A stretch of 64,000 bases of DNA from Planctomycetota bacterium (GTDB taxonomy: Bacteria > Planctomycetota > B15-G4): assembly GCA_965248575.1 (NCBI GenBank), contig CBDFJQ010000002.1:2656001-2720000 (forward strand), given 5' to 3'. A program made the position numbers and the translations under genes. This document shows positions 9,974 through 19,417 of this stretch, piece after piece (the first letter of the stretch is position 1; the number at the start of each line of letters is the position of its first letter). The notes beneath the pieces were generated by a model. It was not told where the DNA came from. It saw only the letters and a list, made by a program, of their open reading frames with translations, and did no database searches.

Positions 9974-11443
9974 ATGACTCTGGATGACGCCTTCGACCCG
10001 GAGGCCTTTCGCACTTTGGGCCACCGCATGGTGGACGCCCTCGCGGACCATCTCGGCGACTCTCAGGCGCGCGCTGTGCCAGTGCTTCCGGCCATCGACC
10101 CCGACGTCCTGCTCAGCCAATGGGACCGCCCCTTCAGGGAGCAACCCGCCAGCACGGAGTCCGCGAGCGACACCCTGGGCGAGCTGCTCCAGCAACTGCT
10201 GCGACACAGCACACGGCTGCACCACCCCGGTTATGTGGGGCACCAGGTCTCGGTGCCCGTGCCCGCCGCCGCCCTCTTCGAGCTGACGAACGCCCTGCTC
10301 AACAACGGCATGGCGGTCTACGAGATGGGCCAGCTGCAGAGCGTCATGGAGCGGCGGGTGCTCGACTTCCTGGGCGCCACCCTAGGCTTCAACCAAGAGG
10401 CCGGAGGTGTGCTGACCCACGGCGGTTCCGTGGGCAACTTCACGGCCCTGCTTGCGGCACGACAGGCCACGGCTGAACACGACGTGTGGACGCTCGGTCA
10501 ACGGGAGTCCCTCTCGGTGTTGGTCTCGGACCAGGCCCATTACTGCATCGCCCGCTCCGTGCAAGCCATGGGTTGGGGTTCGGCCGGCGCGTGGAAGGTC
10601 CCCACCGACGGGGCCTTTCGCATGGACACCGGTGCCCTCGGTGACGCCCTCGCCGCAGCCCGCAAGGCGGGCCGACGTGTCATCGCGGTGGTGGCCAGCG
10701 CCTGTTCCACCGCCACGGGCAGCTTCGACAACATCGCCGAGATCGCGGACTTCTGCGCAGAGCACGACCTTTGGTTGCACGTGGACGGCGCCCACGGTGC
10801 GTCCTTCGCCCTCAGCCAGAAGCACCGAGCGCGTTTGGCAGGCGTTGAGCGCGCCGACTCCGTGGTCTGGGACCTGCACAAGATGATGGGCATGCCGGCC
10901 CTCAGCACCGCCGTCTTGTTCCGCCAGCGACGACACGCGCAGGAGTCCTTCGCCCAAGAGGCCACCTACCTCTTTGAGGACAGCGACCCGGAAGAGCAGT
11001 GGTTCAACATGGGGCGCCGCAGCATGGAGTGCACCAAGCGCGCCATGGGCGCGACGGCCTACTGCATGCTCCAAGCCATGGGGACCGCTTGGTTCGGGCA
11101 ACAGATCGACACGCTCATGGAGCGCACAGAGCAGCTGGCAGCGATGCTCCGTGAGGCAGACGACTTCGAACTGGCCCACGAGCCCGAAGCCAACATCCTC
11201 TGCTTCCGACATCTGCCGCCGGGAGAGGGTCGTGGCCTCGACCAGTCCCAGAACCTGGCTCTCGACCGGCACCAAGAACATCTGCGTCAAAGGGTGATCG
11301 ACTCGGGCCAGTACTACATCGTGCAGGCGGGGCTACGCGGCTCGACCTGGTTGCGCGTCACCCTCATGAACCCCCTCACGACCTCCCTCGACCTGAAACA
11401 ACTGCTCGCGTCGCTGCGAGATGTTGCAGCCCAAGAGGCCTAA
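9974..11443 (+). CDS. Group II PLP-dependent decarboxylase (diaminobutyrate/aromatic amino acid decarboxylase-like)
   Basis: HHPGYVGHQ, GGSVGN, AHYCI, WLHVDGAHG, DSVVWDLHKM (PLP lysine). Confidence 0.85.
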   Translation: MTLDDAFDPEAFRTLGHRMVDALADHLGDSQARAVPVLPAIDPDVLLSQWDRPFREQPASTESASDTLGELLQQLLRHSTRLHHPGYVGHQVSVPVPAAALFELTNALLNNGMAVYEMGQLQSVMERRVLDFLGATLGFNQEAGGVLTHGGSVGNFTALLAARQATAEHDVWTLGQRESLSVLVSDQAHYCIARSVQAMGWGSAGAWKVPTDGAFRMDTGALGDALAAARKAGRRVIAVVASACSTATGSFDNIAEIADFCAEHDLWLHVDGAHGASFALSQKHRARLAGVERADSVVWDLHKMMGMPALSTAVLFRQRRHAQESFAQEATYLFEDSDPEEQWFNMGRRSMECTKRAMGATAYCMLQAMGTAWFGQQIDTLMERTEQLAAMLREADDFELAHEPEANILCFRHLPPGEGRGLDQSQNLALDRHQEHLRQRVIDSGQYYIVQAGLRGSTWLRVTLMNPLTTSLDLKQLLASLRDVAAQEA

Positions 11444-11504
11444 GATCAGCGCGGCTACTCGCGCCCCCAACACCCCCCGCGCCCATCATCAGGAGCAGTC
11501 CCCC

Positions 11505-14500
11505 ATGCCCCGTCTCCCGGCATTTCCTGTGGTCCTTCTCGTTCTCGCGCTCGGCCCGGCTTGTCAGAGCCCCGCTGCCGATGCCTCGGCTGGCGCGCAC
11601 GATTCAGCCGCGCACGATTCAGCCGCGCCCCAAGCGAGCAGCGCTCCAGAGGGCGCACGGGTCGACGCCGTCGCGGCCGGCGCAGAGAGCGGGGTGCAGC
11701 AGCTGTTCGTGGTGCCCGATGGCCTGAATGTCACGCTCTGGGCGGAGTCGCCGCTGTTCTACAACCCCACTGCCCTGGACGTGGATGACGAGGGGCGACT
11801 CTGGGTGGCCGAAGCGGTGAACTACCGCAAGTGGGATGGTCGCAACCCGGGTCGGGACCACCCCGAAGGCGATCGCATCGTGGTGCTGGAGGACCGCGAT
11901 GGCGACGGGCGTGCCGAGACCTCCACCGTCTTCGCACAAGACAAAGACCTCGTGGCACCTCTGGGCGTGGCCGTCGTGGGAGATGCCGTCTACGTCTCCT
12001 GCTCGCCGCACCTCTTCGTCTACCGCGACACCGACGGGGACATGAAGGCCGACGAACGGGAGACGTTGCTCACGGGCTTCGGCGGCTTTGATCACGACCA
12101 CGGCCTGCACTCCCTAATCGCCGGGCCGGACGGGCGCTACACCTTTGCCGTGGGCAATGCGGGCCCCCATCAAGTCATGCAGGCCGGCGCCCCTTCGCCA
12201 AGCGATGCCACGAACACGACCTGGACGCTCAACTCCGGCAGCCACTACCGGGGCGGCGGCCCCGAGCTGGCGGACAACCACCCTGGACTCGTGAGCGCCG
12301 ACGGCAAGGTCTGGACAGGCGGCCTGATCGTGCGCAGCGAGGCGGACGGCAGCGAGCTGCAGGTCCTGGCGCACAACTTCCGCAACAACTACGAAGTGAC
12401 CGTAGATGCCTTCGGCAACCTCTGGCAGAGCGACAACGACGACGACGGCAATGCCAGCTGCCGCACCCTGTGGTGCATGGAAGGCGGCAACCACGGCTAC
12501 TTCTCGCCGGAGGGTCGACGCTCGTGGCAGGCAGACCGCCGGCCCGAGCAAGCCATCCCCCGCGCCCATTGGCACCAGGACGACCCGGGCGTGGTGCCAA
12601 TGGGCACCATCAACGGGGGCGGCGGCCCCACGGGCGTGTGCATGTATGAAGGCCAGCTGCTCAGCCCATGGATCGACGGCGCGGTGCTCAACGCCGACGC
12701 CGGCGCCGGGGTGGTCTACGCCCATCGGCCGCAGGCTGACGGGGCAGGCTTCCAACTGGAGAAGCAGGACCTGATCCGCGCCGCTCCCGGCCAGGACGGG
12801 ACGCGCGCCAAGTGGTTCCGCCCCAGCGATGTGGTGGTGGGCACGGACGGCAGCGTCTTCGTCGCGGATTGGTTCGACCCCGGAGTCGGGGGCCACGGCA
12901 TGGGCGATCGCGAAGCCTATGGCCGCATCCTGCGCATTGCCCCCGCCGCCGAAGCACGTCGCGTGCGCACGCTGGAACCACTCGACAGCATCGACGCCCA
13001 GCTGCGCGCCCTGGCCAACCCAGCCGTGCATCGCCGGGAGGCAGGCCGGGCAGCGCTCGCGGCTGGCGGCACCCCGGCGCGGGACGCCCTGCGTACCTGC
13101 TTCTTGAAGAGCGAGGACGATCGACTCCGGGCCCGCTGCCTGTGGCTGCTGCTGGGCCCGGCCTTCGTGGACACGGACACGCTCCCGGCCGCTCTCAACG
13201 ATCCGAACCCGGAGCTGCGCATCACCGCCCTGCGCGCCTGGTCCCAGAACAGCGGCGATCGCCTCACGCCCGAGTTCGTGCGCCAGCACAGCCTGGCCCG
13301 GGACCCGTCCCCCGCCGTGCGCCGCGAGCTGGCCCTGCGGCTACGGGATGTGGACGAGCTCGACCTGCTCTTGCTCGTGGAACTGGCGGGTACACTCCAG
13401 GTGGGCGACCGGACAGCACTCGAGGCCTTTGGTCTCGCTGCAGACCCCTGGGCCAGCGAGCTCATGAGGGTCCTCAAGCCGGGCGGCACTCCCGAACAGT
13501 GGAGCGACCACCTGGCGCAGCTCGCCTGGCGCCTGCACCCGGCGGAACTCACCGACGCCTGGCGCACTCGCGCGTTGTCCACGAAGCTCAGCGAGGAGGC
13601 ACGGCTGCAGGCTCTCGATGCCCTGGCCTTCACGCCGGGCCCCGAAGCGGGTCAGACGATGTTGGACCTCGCGTTGCAACTTCCGGCCGGCAGCTTGGGT
13701 GAACGGGCCCGCTGGTGGCTGCGCCACCATGACACCAACGCCTGGCAAGACCTCGCCCTGCTGGACGCCCTGGGTGGTCGCGAGCTGGAGGACGCCGAGT
13801 TGCTGCACGACACGGGCACCCTGCGCGCTGGGCTGCACGAGCTCGACGTCGCCTTGCACGGCGCGCAGACCCTGTGGCTGGAGCTCACGGATGGCGGCGA
13901 CGGCAACGGCTGCGATTGGGGCGCCTGGGTCGAACCGCGCGTGCAGTTCGAGGACGGGCAAGTGTTGATGCTGAACGAGGCTCCCTGGGCCAGCGCGGAG
14001 GCGGCCTGGGGTTCCGTGCGCCGCAACACCAACTGCGTGGGCGGCCCCCTGCGCGTGGGCGATCAGACCTATCAGGCAGGCATCGGCAGTCACGCCAACT
14101 CACTCATCGAGTTCAACCTCCCCGAGGGGGCCACGCGCTTCCTGGCGAGCGTCGGCCCAGACGCCCAAGGCACGTCGCAGAATGCTGGCCGCAACACGAG
14201 CCTGAACTTCCGCGTGCACGCCAACACCACGCGCCAGGCCGAGTGGTTTGCCGCGCGACGGGCCCTGCTGCTCGACACGCAGCTCGACGCCACAAGCGAC
14301 GACGCAGAAGATCAACGGGAAGCAGCGGCGCTGGAGTTGGCAGCCGACACCATGGGGGCACTCATGCTCCTGGAGCTGGCGGGCCAGGGCCAGCTCTCCG
14401 ACGACCTACGGGAGCTGCTGGGGGAAGTGCTTTTCGCACACCCGAACCTCGCGATCCGCGCCCTGGCGTCGGAACACTTCCAGCGCCCTGGCGAAGAAGC

Positions 14501-15551
14501 CAAGCGCTTCCCGCCCGTGGCCGAACTGCTGGCCCTGGACGGTGATGCGGCCCGCGGTCGAGCCATCTTCCTGGACGAGGCGCGCAGCGGTTGTCTGCGC
14601 TGCCATCGCTACACCCTGGCCGGGGCCACACGCGGCGGCAACGTCGGTCCGGAGCTCAGCACCCAACACGAGAAGCAGGGCGCAGACCAGATCCTGGACG
14701 CCATCCTGAACCCCAGCGCCGCCATCGCCTATGGCTACGACGCGTGGTTGCTGACCCTTGCGGATGGCCGGATCCTGAGCGGCTTCCTGCGCGCCGACGA
14801 CCGCACGCTGATCCTGGAAGACACCAACGGCGTGCGCCATGCCATCCCGGCCGAAGAGGTGGTGGAGCGCCGCCTGCAGAAGCTGTCGGTCATGCCCGAC
14901 GGCATCGCCACCGGCCTCTCACCCCAGGAGCTGCGCGACCTGGTGGCCTTCCTGGCCGAACCGCCCCTGCCGACCTTCACGCGCGGTGAGACCCTGCCGC
15001 TCTTTGACGGCCACAGCTTCGAAGGTTGGCACGCGGTGGGCGACATCGCCGCCTGGCGTGCGGAAGACGGCGTGCTGAGTTGTGACGGCAACCCGGTGGG
15101 CTACTTGCGCACCGAGGCGCTCTACACTCACTTCGAGCTCGATCTCGATTGGCGCTTCGACCCTGCCAAGGGTGCGGGCAACTCAGGCGTGCTGCTGCGG
15201 GTCAACGGCCCCGACAGCGTCTGGCCCCGTTCGGTGGAAGCCCAGCTCAACTCGGGCGACGCCGGGGACATCTGGAACATCGGCGAGTTCGTCCTGAGCA
15301 CTGACCCCGGGCGCACCAGCGGCCGCCGCACCGTGAAGCAACAACCCTCCGCCGAGTACCCCCTAGGACAGTGGAACAGCTACCGCATCCGAGTGGCCGG
15401 TCCGCTGATCCAGCTCTGGGTCAACGGCACCCTCATGAACACCGGCAGCTGGGCCGAGGAGACGCCGGGCCACATCGCGCTGCAGTCGGAAGGCGCGGCC
15501 ATCGAGTTCCGAAACGTGCGGCTGACGCAGCTGGTGCCGGAGCAGGGCTGA
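11505..15551 (+). CDS. PVC-type heme-binding CxxCH lipoprotein (dehydrogenase-like beta-propeller, HEAT repeats, NPCBM, cytochrome c, DUF1080)
   Basis: Lipobox LGPAC; WAESPLFYNPTALDVDDEGRLWVAE and HNFRNNYE; NPCBM-like GIGSHANS and DGGDGNGCDWGAW; GDAARGRAIF...CLRCH...VGPELS; C-terminal LFDG...GNSGV...WNSY...GHIALQSEG...FRNV. Confidence 0.85.
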   Translation: MPRLPAFPVVLLVLALGPACQSPAADASAGAHDSAAHDSAAPQASSAPEGARVDAVAAGAESGVQQLFVVPDGLNVTLWAESPLFYNPTALDVDDEGRLWVAEAVNYRKWDGRNPGRDHPEGDRIVVLEDRDGDGRAETSTVFAQDKDLVAPLGVAVVGDAVYVSCSPHLFVYRDTDGDMKADERETLLTGFGGFDHDHGLHSLIAGPDGRYTFAVGNAGPHQVMQAGAPSPSDATNTTWTLNSGSHYRGGGPELADNHPGLVSADGKVWTGGLIVRSEADGSELQVLAHNFRNNYEVTVDAFGNLWQSDNDDDGNASCRTLWCMEGGNHGYFSPEGRRSWQADRRPEQAIPRAHWHQDDPGVVPMGTINGGGGPTGVCMYEGQLLSPWIDGAVLNADAGAGVVYAHRPQADGAGFQLEKQDLIRAAPGQDGTRAKWFRPSDVVVGTDGSVFVADWFDPGVGGHGMGDREAYGRILRIAPAAEARRVRTLEPLDSIDAQLRALANPAVHRREAGRAALAAGGTPARDALRTCFLKSEDDRLRARCLWLLLGPAFVDTDTLPAALNDPNPELRITALRAWSQNSGDRLTPEFVRQHSLARDPSPAVRRELALRLRDVDELDLLLLVELAGTLQVGDRTALEAFGLAADPWASELMRVLKPGGTPEQWSDHLAQLAWRLHPAELTDAWRTRALSTKLSEEARLQALDALAFTPGPEAGQTMLDLALQLPAGSLGERARWWLRHHDTNAWQDLALLDALGGRELEDAELLHDTGTLRAGLHELDVALHGAQTLWLELTDGGDGNGCDWGAWVEPRVQFEDGQVLMLNEAPWASAEAAWGSVRRNTNCVGGPLRVGDQTYQAGIGSHANSLIEFNLPEGATRFLASVGPDAQGTSQNAGRNTSLNFRVHANTTRQAEWFAARRALLLDTQLDATSDDAEDQREAAALELAADTMGALMLLELAGQGQLSDDLRELLGEVLFAHPNLAIRALASEHFQRPGEEAKRFPPVAELLALDGDAARGRAIFLDEARSGCLRCHRYTLAGATRGGNVGPELSTQHEKQGADQILDAILNPSAAIAYGYDAWLLTLADGRILSGFLRADDRTLILEDTNGVRHAIPAEEVVERRLQKLSVMPDGIATGLSPQELRDLVAFLAEPPLPTFTRGETLPLFDGHSFEGWHAVGDIAAWRAEDGVLSCDGNPVGYLRTEALYTHFELDLDWRFDPAKGAGNSGVLLRVNGPDSVWPRSVEAQLNSGDAGDIWNIGEFVLSTDPGRTSGRRTVKQQPSAEYPLGQWNSYRIRVAGPLIQLWVNGTLMNTGSWAEETPGHIALQSEGAAIEFRNVRLTQLVPEQG
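11595..11628 (+). repeat. 15-bp in-frame tandem duplication
   Basis: GCGCACGATTCAGCC twice, encoding AHDSA-AHDSA in the lipoprotein linker. Confidence 0.85.
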
Positions 15552-15637
15552 GGCGGGCGAAGGGCGCCTCATGTGGTCCCAAGGCGGCTGACGCGGGGCG
15601 GGGCCGGGGGCTCGATCCGAGCCTGAGAGCCCGAAAA

Positions 15638-15714
15638 TGGTAGCGGAGGAGGGATTCGAACCCCCGACACGCGGATTATGATTCCGCTGCTCTAACCAAC
15701 TGAGCTACTCCGCC
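15638..15714 (-). tRNA. tRNA-Met (CAT), probably elongator
   Basis: Reverse complement GGCGGAGTAGCTCAGTTGGTTAGAGCAGCGGAATCATAATCCGCGTGTCGGGGGTTCGAATCCCTCCTCCGCTACCA; CAT anticodon, paired position 1, encoded CCA. Confidence 0.95.
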
Positions 15715-15756
15715 ACAGGTGCTCGGGCAGTGCCCGCCGCAGCCGTTGGGCGCGGG

Positions 15757-15786
15757 AGGATATCGGAGCTGGGCCGCCCCCATCAA
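15757..15786 (-). promoter_or_regulatory. Candidate sigma70 promoter of tRNA-Met
   Basis: On minus strand TTGATG-18 bp-TATCCT followed by a GC-rich discriminator-like stretch. Confidence 0.55.
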
Positions 15787-15837
15787 GGGAACCGGGCAGG
15801 GACTTGGCCAGGAATCCGGGAGATCTCCAGATTCTGC

Positions 15838-16025
15838 GTGACCAAAGAAAACTGAAGACTAACTCGATTGTCAGCGCACCCTCACTGCATATGCGTCGTT
15901 TATGAGCTAGGATGGTCGCTGACCGGAACGGTTGTGGCCCTTATGCGTTTGCTTCGTGCTGCCCGGCGCCAGCAACGCGGCCAAGACCATCCGTTCGAAA
16001 AAGAGTGTCGTTCAGCCTTGGTTGC
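15838..16025. ncRNA. Candidate structured non-coding RNA (long interrupted hairpin, 6S-like size)
   Basis: Nested complementary blocks ACCAA/TTGGT, CTGAAGAC/GTCGTTCAG, ACTC/GAGT, GGATGGTC/GACCATCC, TGGCC/GGCCA, GCGTTTGCT/AGCAACGC around an asymmetric bubble; AT-richer intergenic region with no convincing ORF. Confidence 0.4.
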
Positions 16026-16158
16026 TGCGTAACGCGCGTAAAACCTCCTCCCCCCCTTCTTTCCCGAAAATCCTTGGCTGGATGGCTTTTTCTCGGGCCC
16101 CCGAAGACCCCGAGAACCCTGCCGGCGCCTCAACAGGCCTCGGCTGCCAGACCCCCTG

Positions 16159-16677
16159 CTAACGCCGGGCGAGCATCTGGTTCTGGGCATGGCGCTGGAG
16201 AGTCGCCACGGCCACACCCAATGCATCCGTCGCGTCGTAGCGCCCCTGCTTGCCATGGGTCTCAGCCTGCTCCGTGGCCCGGTAGCCCAGCAGCGCCCCC
16301 ACCATGTGGGCCACCTGGTCCTTGGTGGCTGAGCCCCGGCCGGTCACGGCCTTCTTCACCTCGGAGGGTGCGAGCTCCACGAAGGGCAGCTTGAGGCAAC
16401 CGATGGCTGCCAGTAACGCGCCGCGGGCCTGGCCGAGAGTCACCAGGGAGCGGGTGTTGGGTCCGTGGAAGACACTCTCGACCCCGATCAGCTGCGGCGT
16501 GCGCAGCTGCAGCACCGTGGTGAGCTCGCCGTGCAGGTAGGCGAGGCGCGTCTGCAGGGGGTCCGTAGCGCCCGGAACGATCACGCCCATATCCATCAGG
16601 ACGTACATCGAGCCCTCCTGGCGCACCAGGCCCCAACCTGTCCGACGAGAACCCGGGTCGATCCCAAGGGCGATCAT
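16159..16677 (-). CDS. ruvC: Holliday junction resolvase RuvC
   Basis: IALGIDPGSRRTGWG, VESVF, LGQARG, PSEVKKAVTGRGSATKDQV, DATDAL. Confidence 0.95.
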   Translation of the reverse strand: MIALGIDPGSRRTGWGLVRQEGSMYVLMDMGVIVPGATDPLQTRLAYLHGELTTVLQLRTPQLIGVESVFHGPNTRSLVTLGQARGALLAAIGCLKLPFVELAPSEVKKAVTGRGSATKDQVAHMVGALLGYRATEQAETHGKQGRYDATDALGVAVATLQRHAQNQMLARR

Positions 16678-16724
16678 GGGATCATGGTAACCATGCGTGC
16701 CCGCACATCTGAGGACCCGATGTC

Positions 16725-17525
16725 ATGAATCCTGCTGCGACCAAGACTCTCCGTGCCGGGCTGGTAGTGGTGGCCGCCGGGGTGGGCAGTCGGCTCGGCG
16801 CCCGGGTACACAAGGCGCTGGTGCTGCTTGAGGAGCAGGGCCGGGAGCAACCCTTGGTGGAGCTGAGCTTGCGGCGGATGTTCGCGGCGCCCGCTTGCCA
16901 GGCCGCTCTCTCCTCCGTGGTGCTCGTCGGACACGCTGACGACCGCCCGGCACTCACGGCGCTGGTGGAACAGCTCGCGGCAGAACAGCGGGCAGCGGGC
17001 GGAGACGGCCCCGCGCTTCAGCTCGTAGACGGCGGCGCGCGGCGCCAGGACTCCGTGCAAGCGGGACTGGCTGCGGTCGGCGATGTGGACGTGGTGCTGG
17101 TACACGACGCCGCTCGGCCCTTCGTCCCCTGGGGCAGCTTGCCCACCTTGATCGAGGCCGCCAGCTCCGACGGCTGCGCCCTGCTCGCCACCCCCGTGGC
17201 CGACACCTTGAAGGCCGCACAGGAAGACCCAACGGATGCAGCCCGTGTGTCCGTGACCCAGACTGTGCCGCGAGCAGGCCTCTGGGCCGCACAGACGCCA
17301 CAGGCTTTCCACGCAGGCCAACTGCGAGAACTCTTGGCGGATGCGGCCTTGGAAGGACGTACAGTGACCGACGAGGCCAGCTTGTTCGAGCACGCTGGAC
17401 GGGCAGTGCGGATCGTGGAAGGATCCCGCATCAACTTCAAGATCACGACGAGCGACGACCTGCATCTCGCGCAGGCCCTGTTGGTGCACGGACTAGCGCA
17501 CGGGCACGAAGTCGAAGACCAGTAG
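16725..17525 (+). CDS. ispD: 2-C-methyl-D-erythritol 4-phosphate cytidylyltransferase
   Basis: AAGVGSRL...K, GGARRQDSV, VLVHDAARP, AQTPQAF, TDEASL, NFKITT. Confidence 0.93.
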   Translation: MNPAATKTLRAGLVVVAAGVGSRLGARVHKALVLLEEQGREQPLVELSLRRMFAAPACQAALSSVVLVGHADDRPALTALVEQLAAEQRAAGGDGPALQLVDGGARRQDSVQAGLAAVGDVDVVLVHDAARPFVPWGSLPTLIEAASSDGCALLATPVADTLKAAQEDPTDAARVSVTQTVPRAGLWAAQTPQAFHAGQLRELLADAALEGRTVTDEASLFEHAGRAVRIVEGSRINFKITTSDDLHLAQALLVHGLAHGHEVEDQ

Positions 17526-17538
17526 AGAGGGTGCATCC

Positions 17539-18036
17539 ATGAGTCTCGATAACATTGCCATCGGCCTGGGTGTCGACACCCATCGCTTCAAGGAAGGCGG
17601 CCCCATCGTGCTGGGCGGTGTCGTGATCCCCTTCGACAAAGGCCTCGATGCCCACTCGGACGGCGACGTGTTGTTGCATGCCATCCTGGACGCGGTGCTG
17701 AGCGCAGCGGGCGAGCCCGACCTCGGGACCCTGTTCCCCGACACCGACGAAAGCAATCGCGGTCGCTCGAGCGTCGACATGGCCCAGGAAGTGGCACGGC
17801 GCCTGACGGTCGCCGACGCCCGCATCCTGAGCCTGGACGCGGTGGTCATGTGCGAGCAACCGCGCATCGCCCCCCTGCGCGACGCGCTTCGAACGTCCGT
17901 CGCAAAGATCTTCGACATCAACGTCAAGCGCGTGAACGTCAAGGGCAAGACGGCGGAGGGCATGGGGCCCATCGGTCGTCTCGAGGGCATCGAGTGCCGC
18001 ACCGTGGTCCTGGTGGAGCGCGGCGTCGGCCAGTAG
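17539..18036 (+). CDS. ispF: 2-C-methyl-D-erythritol 2,4-cyclodiphosphate synthase
   Basis: IGLGVDTHRF, HSDGDVLLHAILDA, DLGTLFPD, NVKGKTAEGMGPIGRLEGI. Confidence 0.95.
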   Translation: MSLDNIAIGLGVDTHRFKEGGPIVLGGVVIPFDKGLDAHSDGDVLLHAILDAVLSAAGEPDLGTLFPDTDESNRGRSSVDMAQEVARRLTVADARILSLDAVVMCEQPRIAPLRDALRTSVAKIFDINVKRVNVKGKTAEGMGPIGRLEGIECRTVVLVERGVGQ

Positions 18037-18075
18037 GTCGAGCACCCGCCAGCCGCAGGCCTCCGCGCAACAGTT

Positions 18076-19233
18076 TCAGTCCAACAGCGTCTCGTAGAAC
18101 TGCGAGACCTTGTCTGCCAGCAGGTGCCCGTCGAATCGTTTGCGGGCCGCCGCAGCAGCCCCCTCGCCCAGGCGCTTGCGCAAGGCGGGCTCGGAGATCA
18201 CGCGCTCGAGACCGCGCAGCAGGGACTCTGAGGTCTCCTCGACCACCAACCCTGCCGAACCCTCCTCGACGATCTCCGGCAACGGAGGCCGGGGCGTGAC
18301 GAGCGGCGGCAAGCCCATAGCCATCTGTTCGCGCAGCGCGCGACAGGTGCCGTCCGAACCGGGCACCAGGAAGATGGAAGCGTCCAGGGCTGCGAGCAGG
18401 CGCGGGTAGGCGTCGCCGGGCACATAGCCGGGCGTGATCACCGCGCCCGAGAGCCCTCGGTCCTGCACGGGCTTGAGCAAGAGGCGTTCGATGTGCGTGC
18501 CGCGGCCTGCCACCACCAGCCGGAAGTCCGGGTGCGCCGCAGCCAACTGCTCCACCGCATCCAGCAACAGGTCGAAGCGTCGATGGGGCTGCACCCGCGC
18601 CACGATGCCCACCGCCACGTGCTCGGGTGAGAGACCGATCTCGGCCCGGGCCGCTTCCCGATCAAAGCGGCTGGGGTCGAAGCGCTTGAGGTCGATGCCC
18701 GTTTCGATCAGCACCATGGGCCGGGGTCGCCCGGCGACGGACACACTGCGTTCAGAACCGCCGTAGCTCTCCAGGGTGAAGGCCCGGCCGTGGGCGGTGG
18801 TGACGATCAGCCCGTCCAACCGGCGGCGAGCCAGGCGCCGGGTCCTGAAGCCGCCGGAGAGGCCCTCGGCGTCATAGGCGGTGCGCACCAACTTGCCACC
18901 ACCCAGGGCACGCATGGCCAGCGAAGCGATGCGGTGGTCGTTGTCCAGATGGGCGTGCACGACGTGCGGCTGGAACTCCTGAAGCAGGCCCATCAGGCGG
19001 CGCACATCCTCGCGGTTGGCAGCCACCCGCGCGTGCTTGCTGAGGTGAAAGCCCTCCACGGTGTTGACCCCCCGCTCCAGCGCATGGGGCAGGATCTTGC
19101 TGGGCTGCCCATCCTTGGCGTTGCCGCTCACGAACAGCACCTCGTGCTTCTCGCTCTGCACCGCCGCCGTGTTCAGGGCCGGCTCGGCGGGCCCGGTCCA
19201 CTTCCAATTGGCGAAGAGATGCAGGATCTTCAA
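18076..19233 (-). CDS. Glycosyltransferase family 4
   Basis: KILHLF...TGPAE, HVVHAH, GIDLKRF, GIVARVQPHR, EQMAMGLP; TTG start. Confidence 0.85.
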   Translation of the reverse strand: MKILHLFANWKWTGPAEPALNTAAVQSEKHEVLFVSGNAKDGQPSKILPHALERGVNTVEGFHLSKHARVAANREDVRRLMGLLQEFQPHVVHAHLDNDHRIASLAMRALGGGKLVRTAYDAEGLSGGFRTRRLARRRLDGLIVTTAHGRAFTLESYGGSERSVSVAGRPRPMVLIETGIDLKRFDPSRFDREAARAEIGLSPEHVAVGIVARVQPHRRFDLLLDAVEQLAAAHPDFRLVVAGRGTHIERLLLKPVQDRGLSGAVITPGYVPGDAYPRLLAALDASIFLVPGSDGTCRALREQMAMGLPPLVTPRPPLPEIVEEGSAGLVVEETSESLLRGLERVISEPALRKRLGEGAAAAARKRFDGHLLADKVSQFYETLLD

Positions 19234-19417
19234 GGAGAGAGGCCGGGGAGGAGAGCGATCTGGAGCAGAGTCCGAGGTGTGGACACAGGCTAGCGGCCGC
19301 GATCCGGGGTCTCAACGACGGGCAACTTCTGATGCCAAGTGTGTGATCTTCGGACCCGCAGCCGCCTAAGGTGCGGGACAGTCCCGCCGAGCAAACCCGC
19401 CTGGGAGAACGCCGCCC

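Noticed and set aside
9974..11443. Siderophore biosynthesis cluster around the decarboxylase
   Set aside because: No IucA/IucC synthetase, monooxygenase or NRPS nearby.
15905..15995. Hammerhead ribozyme, SRP RNA or c-di-GMP riboswitch in the structured intergenic region
   Set aside because: The conserved core motifs (CUGANGA/GAAA; SRP GGAA-AGCAG loop) were not found in the right context.
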